A stretch of 64,000 bases of DNA from Waddliaceae bacterium (lineage in GTDB: Bacteria > Chlamydiota > Chlamydiia > Chlamydiales > SLFE01): positions 60,430 to 124,429 of the forward strand of contig CAWAPJ010000029.1 of NCBI GenBank assembly GCA_963783885.1, read 5' to 3'. Made by a program: the position numbers and the translations under genes. Of this stretch, positions 58,466 through 64,000 are shown piece by piece; the first letter of the stretch is position 1, and every line of letters begins with the position of its first letter. Under the pieces are notes generated by a model. The model was not told the origin of the DNA. It did not search any database and saw only the letters and a program-made list of their open reading frames with translations.

Positions 58466-60453
58466 TCATTTAAGAATCCGGAGGGCGTTCAGGCCCACCA
58501 GAACGGTCCCCCCTTCATGGAGGACAACTGCAAGCCAGAGGGGTATATATCCCAGAAGAGCTGGAGTCGTTGCCAGGAGGATGACTGAGGATGCAAGCGT
58601 AAGGTTTTGAGTGACAATATTTTTTGTTTGACGGGCTTTGGTCATGAGCCACGCCAGCTTTTCGAGGTTGTCGTGGAGGAGGACGACATCGGCGGCTTCA
58701 ATGGCGGTTGTGCTGGCTGCCTTGCCCATCGAAATGCCGACAGAGGCCCTGGCCAGAGCGGGGGCGTCGTTGATGCCGTCGCCGACCATGATCATCCCCT
58801 CTTTAAGAGACAGGTCGCTGACAATACGGAGCTTGTCTTCAGGTTTGAGCTCGGCGTGATATTCGTCTAGTTTCAGGCTGGCTGCGATTTTCTTGGCGTT
58901 TTCATGGTGGTCTCCGGTTAGTATCAGGAGTCGCCAGCTGCCGGTTTTTTTCAGCGATTCAATAGCCTCTTTCATATGCGGTCTCAAAACGTCTTCAAAA
59001 CGAAAGAGATAGGCATCGCTTTCCAAAAGTAAAACGGTTAAGACCTGGCCATTTCTTTTAGCCTCTTCAGCAAGCAGCAGCAGCTGGCGGGATTTGTCTT
59101 TTGAAAGTTTGGGCAGAACATAATCGACATTGCCTATTGAAACAGGAACTTTCCGAGAATGAATTTCAGTGTCTCCCTCTAGGCCGAATCCGGGAATCGC
59201 TTTAAACGAGGCAAGCTTAGCGGGCTTAACCTTTTTTCTCCCGCATAAGCCGTTATGGCATGGGCAATCGGGTGGACAGCATTTCTTTCCAGGGCATAAG
59301 CGATGCTTAGTGCCAGGTTTTCATCAGAGTTTTCCTGCAGCGGCACAATTGCTGACAGCTGGAGTTCTCCTTTTGTCAGAGTTCCCGTTTTATCAAAGGC
59401 AATGATTGTGCACCTTTCAATGGCATCTAAGATCACGCCTCCTTTAAGCAGGATCCCTTGTTTTGCGCAGACGCTGATAGCGCTTAAGTACGCTATAGGG
59501 GTGGCAATGATGAGAGCACAGGGAGATGCGGCTATCAAAAAGGCGATGGAGCGGTAAAGCGAACCCTCTTCTCCTAGAAAAGGAATGTTTAGCAAAAATG
59601 GAAACGAGGCGGCAAAAAACGCGGTCAGGAAAATGACAATGGCGGCATATTTTTCACTGACGCTGTCGAACCATCTTTGAATGCGCGGTTTGGCGTCTTG
59701 AGCGAGGGTAACCAGTTTAATGATGCGGGCGACTGTGGATTCGGAACTCGGCCGAGTCACGCGGAGGGTCAGCGAGCCCTCGAGATTTTGCCCTCCTGCG
59801 GGGACCTCGTCCCCAACTTTTTTTGCTACGGGTATATTCTCACCTGTCAGGTGGACAAGATTCACAGAGGATATCCCTTCGATAACCTCTCCGTCGAGAG
59901 GGATGACCTCACCGGCTTTGATCAGAATTTTTGTTCCCGGAGAAATATCTTTGACCGACAGATAGTGCAGCGCGCCATCCTCTTCGATGACAGCGGCAGT
60001 TGAGGGGGACAACTTGTATAGCGAGCTGATGGCCCCTTTGGCTTTTTCAGTGACGGCATCTTCCATGGATCCCGAGAGGGCGAATAGGACAAGAAGCATG
60101 CCTCCTTCGAGAGGGCTGCCGATTAAAACAGAGGCAAATGCGGCAAGAGTCATGAGAACGTCGATGTTGAGTTCGAGACGGAAAATATCTTCAATCGATT
60201 CAATTAACGCCGGAATTCCGGCGAAAAAGTAAACGCCCATTAGGCAAAAGTTGGAAAGGGGCAGCCCTTTTGGAATGAAGCGGAGGAAAAAGGCAATGGC
60301 CAAGAGGACGGCAGAGAGGATGGAGGCTCTCAGCATGATATTGACGCCCCATCTTCTCGATTGAGGAGTCAAAAACGGACTGACGCGGTCTTCGAGCCCC
60401 ATCTCGAAAAACTCATCGAATACCACCGGTTTTTTTTTGGTCGTCAAAGTCAT
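58466..60453 (-). pseudogene. Heavy-metal P1B-type ATPase (P1B-4-like, SPC/HEGGT), frameshifted at an A6 tract
   Basis: TGE, SPC and DKTGT lie in the first ORF; TGD, GDGIND and HEGGT in the second. Adding one A at 59232-59237 joins them (AGEKKVKPAKLASFKAIPGFGLEG). Confidence 0.85.
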
Positions 60454-61199
60454 CAGGTAATAAAATCCCAGAGAAAATAGGCACATCCCCAGGCTAAAAA
60501 GGCGATGCCGAGGTTCCAGACGATAGCCGGAATTTTCCGATTTTTTTCATAAAAAGCATAGATTCCTCCGGCGATGCCGATTGCCGCAGCCGACCCGATA
60601 ATCAACCCATAATTTCCCGGAATGAGAAAAAAACCAGTTGCTGCAGCAAGAGCTGCAGCGACGACTCCCGCTCCCGCTCCCAAACTTTGCTCAAGAGGAT
60701 GCTCCTGGTTTTCAAGGGAAAGGCCAAGCTCTTCTTCAAGCATGACCCTCAGAAGCCTGTCGTCGTCGGACATAAGAACGTCGATAACATCTTCGAGAAG
60801 CTTGCCTTTGAAGCCTTTGGCTTCATAAAGAGCGGCGAGTTCCTCTCTTTCTTGCTGCCTGTGATGGTCAATCTCCCACTTCTCTTCGGTAACCAGCCGG
60901 TGCAGCCTTTCGAGTCTGGACCAGCCAAGCCAAGCGCTTCTACCCATTTTCCAGATTAACCACCCGATGGCTATGATGAGATAAGGAAAAAAATGAGATT
61001 CAGCCGGAAGGAATATCCAAAGAAGCATAAAAAAGACGGCAGTTTCCCTGGCTGCATCGGCTCCTGCCGAGATATGGCCCGGTATTTCTTCCCCATGAAA
61101 TTCCGCTTTGGATATAAGCCCCTTAGCCTGTGCCTCTACAACATGTTCAACAGCTTCCTTGCCTTTAAAATGGGAAGGAGAGGCCGATTTGTTGTCCAT
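60453..61199 (-). CDS. VIT1/CCC1-family metal transporter-like protein
   Basis: E.WEI......EREELAALYEAKGF, MLEEELG, flanked by TM segments; stop overlaps the ATPase start. Confidence 0.8.
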   Translation of the reverse strand: MDNKSASPSHFKGKEAVEHVVEAQAKGLISKAEFHGEEIPGHISAGADAARETAVFFMLLWIFLPAESHFFPYLIIAIGWLIWKMGRSAWLGWSRLERLHRLVTEEKWEIDHHRQQEREELAALYEAKGFKGKLLEDVIDVLMSDDDRLLRVMLEEELGLSLENQEHPLEQSLGAGAGVVAAALAAATGFFLIPGNYGLIIGSAAAIGIAGGIYAFYEKNRKIPAIVWNLGIAFLAWGCAYFLWDFIT

Positions 61200-61388
61200 A
61201 ATGCCTCCTAAAAACAAAGAGAATACTGGAAAATGAAGAAATATGGCAAATTTTTCTTAAAAATTCCCTCTTTTTGGGGTAAAACTAAATTTTAATTTTA
61301 ATTATTATATGTTATAATATAATAAAGAAGGTATACAGTTATCTTCTTGTTATTAAAACGAACGATTTATTTACATAGGGGTATTATT

Positions 61389-62549
61389 ATGTCGGATAAT
61401 ATGGATATCGTTGATATACTTAAAGAATTGCAGCAATCCCAGCAAATACAAGACTCGACGAAAGTTGTCAGTGAAACAACTGTAGAGCAGAAAGTGACAA
61501 CCCCGATAACGCAAGTGGACTCTATCCAACAAGCTGAAATCTCTGATGCCGAAAAAGGGGTGCAGGCTCCGAGCAATCCTATGCCGCCTCAACCCAGTCA
61601 GCATCTGACACCTCAGGCTTCCGATATTGAAGCCTTTCTGATATTGTTTAACAAAGTTCAAAATACGGTGATCACGCATATTCTGGATTCCTGGGAAGCT
61701 AACATCGCAGAAAATAAACGAATCGATAAAGAAGAAATGGAAAGAAAAATACGAATGGGATTGGACCAAATCGGCCATTTCACCGCTTCTTCAGTAACGA
61801 AAGACGATGCCGGAGAAGGTGCGGCGACGACAGTAGCTTTTGCCAACTACACATCATTTATGTTTGCCTCTGCCTTGACTGTCTCGCAACTTGGTGCTGC
61901 TACGAACTATGTCGCAATGAACAATCTTCACAATTTAACCCCTGGAGTTTTTAGTGTTGCGCCAGCAGAACTTCAATCGATGATAGCAATGACCGGCGCT
62001 TTGGTTTCCAGCGGAATTGTCGCTCCGGTGATTACGGCTATGACGAGCCGAAACGAACAGACAAAAGGCGACCTTCCCAAATTCGCCTTTGCGACGCAGA
62101 TTGCGGGACAAACATTAAAATTGGTTCAGCAGGGAGTGATCCGCGATGTCGTCAATAAACATGGATTGTTTGCGTCATTGACACCCAAGCAGAGGGCGCA
62201 GCTGATTTCCCGCATGAATTTGACATTTCTTTTAAACTCATTGGCCCTCTTTTATGAAAAAGAAACGGGATGGGTGACGGAAGAAGAATTGACTGATTTG
62301 ATTTCAAAAGGAAAAATATTTCAACAAATTCAAAAGGAAAATCCACAGGATCCGCGTCTTGCTTTAGTGGCTGCTATTAGAGAAGAAATGAGAAACCTGT
62401 CAGCAAACGACCGAAAAACATTCATGAAGGACGCCCTCCGTTATTTGAGCCGCAATCCTTCCTATAGTTCGGAAAGGGATCTGGATGGATTATTGAAAAA
62501 AATGTGGAAGTATCTCGACTACGAGCAAATGAGCGGAAACGCCGCTTAA
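61389..62549 (+). CDS. Hypothetical protein (Gln/Thr/Pro-rich N-terminus, central hydrophobic region; candidate secreted protein)
   Basis: Start at MSDNMDIVD after AGGGG; own AT-rich promoter region and terminator. Confidence 0.72.
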   Translation: MSDNMDIVDILKELQQSQQIQDSTKVVSETTVEQKVTTPITQVDSIQQAEISDAEKGVQAPSNPMPPQPSQHLTPQASDIEAFLILFNKVQNTVITHILDSWEANIAENKRIDKEEMERKIRMGLDQIGHFTASSVTKDDAGEGAATTVAFANYTSFMFASALTVSQLGAATNYVAMNNLHNLTPGVFSVAPAELQSMIAMTGALVSSGIVAPVITAMTSRNEQTKGDLPKFAFATQIAGQTLKLVQQGVIRDVVNKHGLFASLTPKQRAQLISRMNLTFLLNSLALFYEKETGWVTEEELTDLISKGKIFQQIQKENPQDPRLALVAAIREEMRNLSANDRKTFMKDALRYLSRNPSYSSERDLDGLLKKMWKYLDYEQMSGNAA

Positions 62550-62567
62550 GATACTGCGTTAGCCTTG

Positions 62568-62599
62568 CCCGCGAGGACACGGTTCTCGCGGGTTTTTTT
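62568..62599 (+). terminator. Rho-independent terminator
   Basis: CCCGCGAGGAC-ACG-GTTCTCGCGGG followed by T7. Confidence 0.85.
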
Positions 62600-62702
62600 G
62601 TTCCAAAAGGCACATGGTTTAAAGATAAAGGGCCCTGCGGAAATAATTATGCACAATGCACCGCACGGCCCTTTTTTTGAATGAACTCGGCTCAGGTGAC
62701 CT

Positions 62703-63704
62703 TTACAATCGATAACTGTGTAAATCTTCTTCGATTTCAGTTGTTTTTTCTGCATGTTCGAAATCTAATAAAATAGAATCTGGATCACGTTTAATGGTTC
62801 TGCCATAAATGCTTTGATGTTTTTCAGAGTTTCTCTCAATTTTTACCATTGGTAAATTATTTCGTCTGAGACAATTTGGATTTTTGACCCCATCCGCAAT
62901 GATGAGATGCAAATCAATTTGCTCACTTTCTTCAATTTGGTTGTAAAGGTTATTTGTGACATTATCCAAGCAAATTTCCATACCAATTCTAAGAGGACCT
63001 ATATGCCTAATGGGTTTACCACTGCCAACTTTGAATAACTGGTGAAGTTGCCCAAAAACAAGGAAAGTCTTTTCTGTAATATAGTCTAGATCATAATCAA
63101 AATTTCCATTTTGTTTTTTATATTTTTGAGTAACTGACTTATAAAAAAGATAGGCTGTATTTCGATAGCGGACAGTTTGGTCTTTTTTACTTGGTTTCCG
63201 CCAGCAAATGGTGCCGGGTATAAGAACCAAATCAGATTCCTTAGCTCGCTTCTGCATTCGTTCGATAAATTGTTTTTTCTCTTGATGGTTTTGAAACCTC
63301 TCTGGCCCTTTTGAGTTCGAGAGATTTTTGAATAGATACTCGGGAGCAACAAAAACTCCTGCGCTCTTTTTATGAGACGGGTACTTATCACGAAAGTCTG
63401 CATCGGCCAAAGTAATTTTTCTGTCGACAATCTTCAGTTTTTCGTCAAAGGACAGGTTGTAAAACGATTGTTCTGGCTCAAAGGCATAGACTACGATTTC
63501 CTCCGGTTTCTCAAATTTAATCTGATTTTCAATCCGATTGGAAAAATGTTGAACGTCAATTTCTGGACATTCTTTAACCTCATACAATTCAGAGAAATAC
63601 TTTTGCAGCCACGCATCAGATATTTTTACCCCTCCTTTATCAATTTCAAAGGCCTCGTCTAATGAGTCAAAACTCCCCGTTATTATATTGTTATTAAAAT
63701 CCAT
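62703..63704 (-). CDS. Divergent carbon-nitrogen hydrolase (nitrilase superfamily)-like protein
   Basis: VFVAPEYLF (Glu), LIPGTI, YRNTA, YKK (Lys), GMEICLD (Cys) give a putative E-K-C triad. Confidence 0.65.
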   Translation of the reverse strand: MDFNNNIITGSFDSLDEAFEIDKGGVKISDAWLQKYFSELYEVKECPEIDVQHFSNRIENQIKFEKPEEIVVYAFEPEQSFYNLSFDEKLKIVDRKITLADADFRDKYPSHKKSAGVFVAPEYLFKNLSNSKGPERFQNHQEKKQFIERMQKRAKESDLVLIPGTICWRKPSKKDQTVRYRNTAYLFYKSVTQKYKKQNGNFDYDLDYITEKTFLVFGQLHQLFKVGSGKPIRHIGPLRIGMEICLDNVTNNLYNQIEESEQIDLHLIIADGVKNPNCLRRNNLPMVKIERNSEKHQSIYGRTIKRDPDSILLDFEHAEKTTEIEEDLHSYRL

Positions 63705-64000
63705 AAAAACTCCTTTTATAATTTACAATATTATAATATATTTTATTATTTTATTTCAATAATTATTTTACATTTCCAGGAAAGTAAGTATTCGGTGAAT
63801 TAAGTGGGCGTTGTTGCATAAATCACCACTGAGACCACCGAGCTCACTGAGAGATTATGAGAGAGGAATTAAATGATTAGACGCCTAATCCCATTTTTTA
63901 GAAGTTTTACATTGAAATTGATGAGCAAACCTCTGCCACCACCATTATGCTTAAGATAGGATAGAAGTTGGGCCTCATGAACAGGCAAGAGATTGGCCAC

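Noticed and set aside
62627-62678. Second hairpin as a riboswitch or ncRNA
   Set aside because: It lies between convergent genes and is adequately explained as an additional terminator-like stem
63824-63855. caccactgagaccaccgagctcactgagag short REP-like triplet
   Set aside because: No complementary arm or second copy is visible before the window end

Overview
A gene-dense bacterial chromosomal segment, most likely from an environmental member of the Chlamydiae. This is inferred from the chlamydial-type gene pairs and operons (dxr-rseP, hrcA-grpE-dnaK, VIT1 plus P1B ATPase, Zn ABC transporter) and from many AT-rich orphan genes with kinase, ankyrin, J-domain or NLS features. Housekeeping content: gltX, pgsA-like, rsmB, cyoABCDE, tRNA-Ser(GCT), HMG-CoA lyase-like, bioY, metal ABC transporter, dxr, rseP, hrcA-grpE-dnaK with CIRCE, and a large NAD-glutamate dehydrogenase. 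The most notable system is a RiPP-like metallophore operon (6933->2980, minus strand). It encodes two different secreted Cys-motif precursors that share an MKKRD leader, followed by a DUF692/MNIO enzyme, a DUF2063 partner and a translationally coupled rsmB. Other highlights: a 2,3-diacetamido-uronate sugar cluster with a WbpB-WbpD fusion; a ~4.2 kb cargo segment flanked by 164-bp direct repeats, containing an IS91-like remnant and a ~375-bp foldback palindrome; a P-type ATPase frameshifted at a homopolymer; a pseudokinase; and an Asn/Gly/Phe-repeat protein with an HPD-less J-like domain. All annotations come from motif recognition only; no database searches were run.
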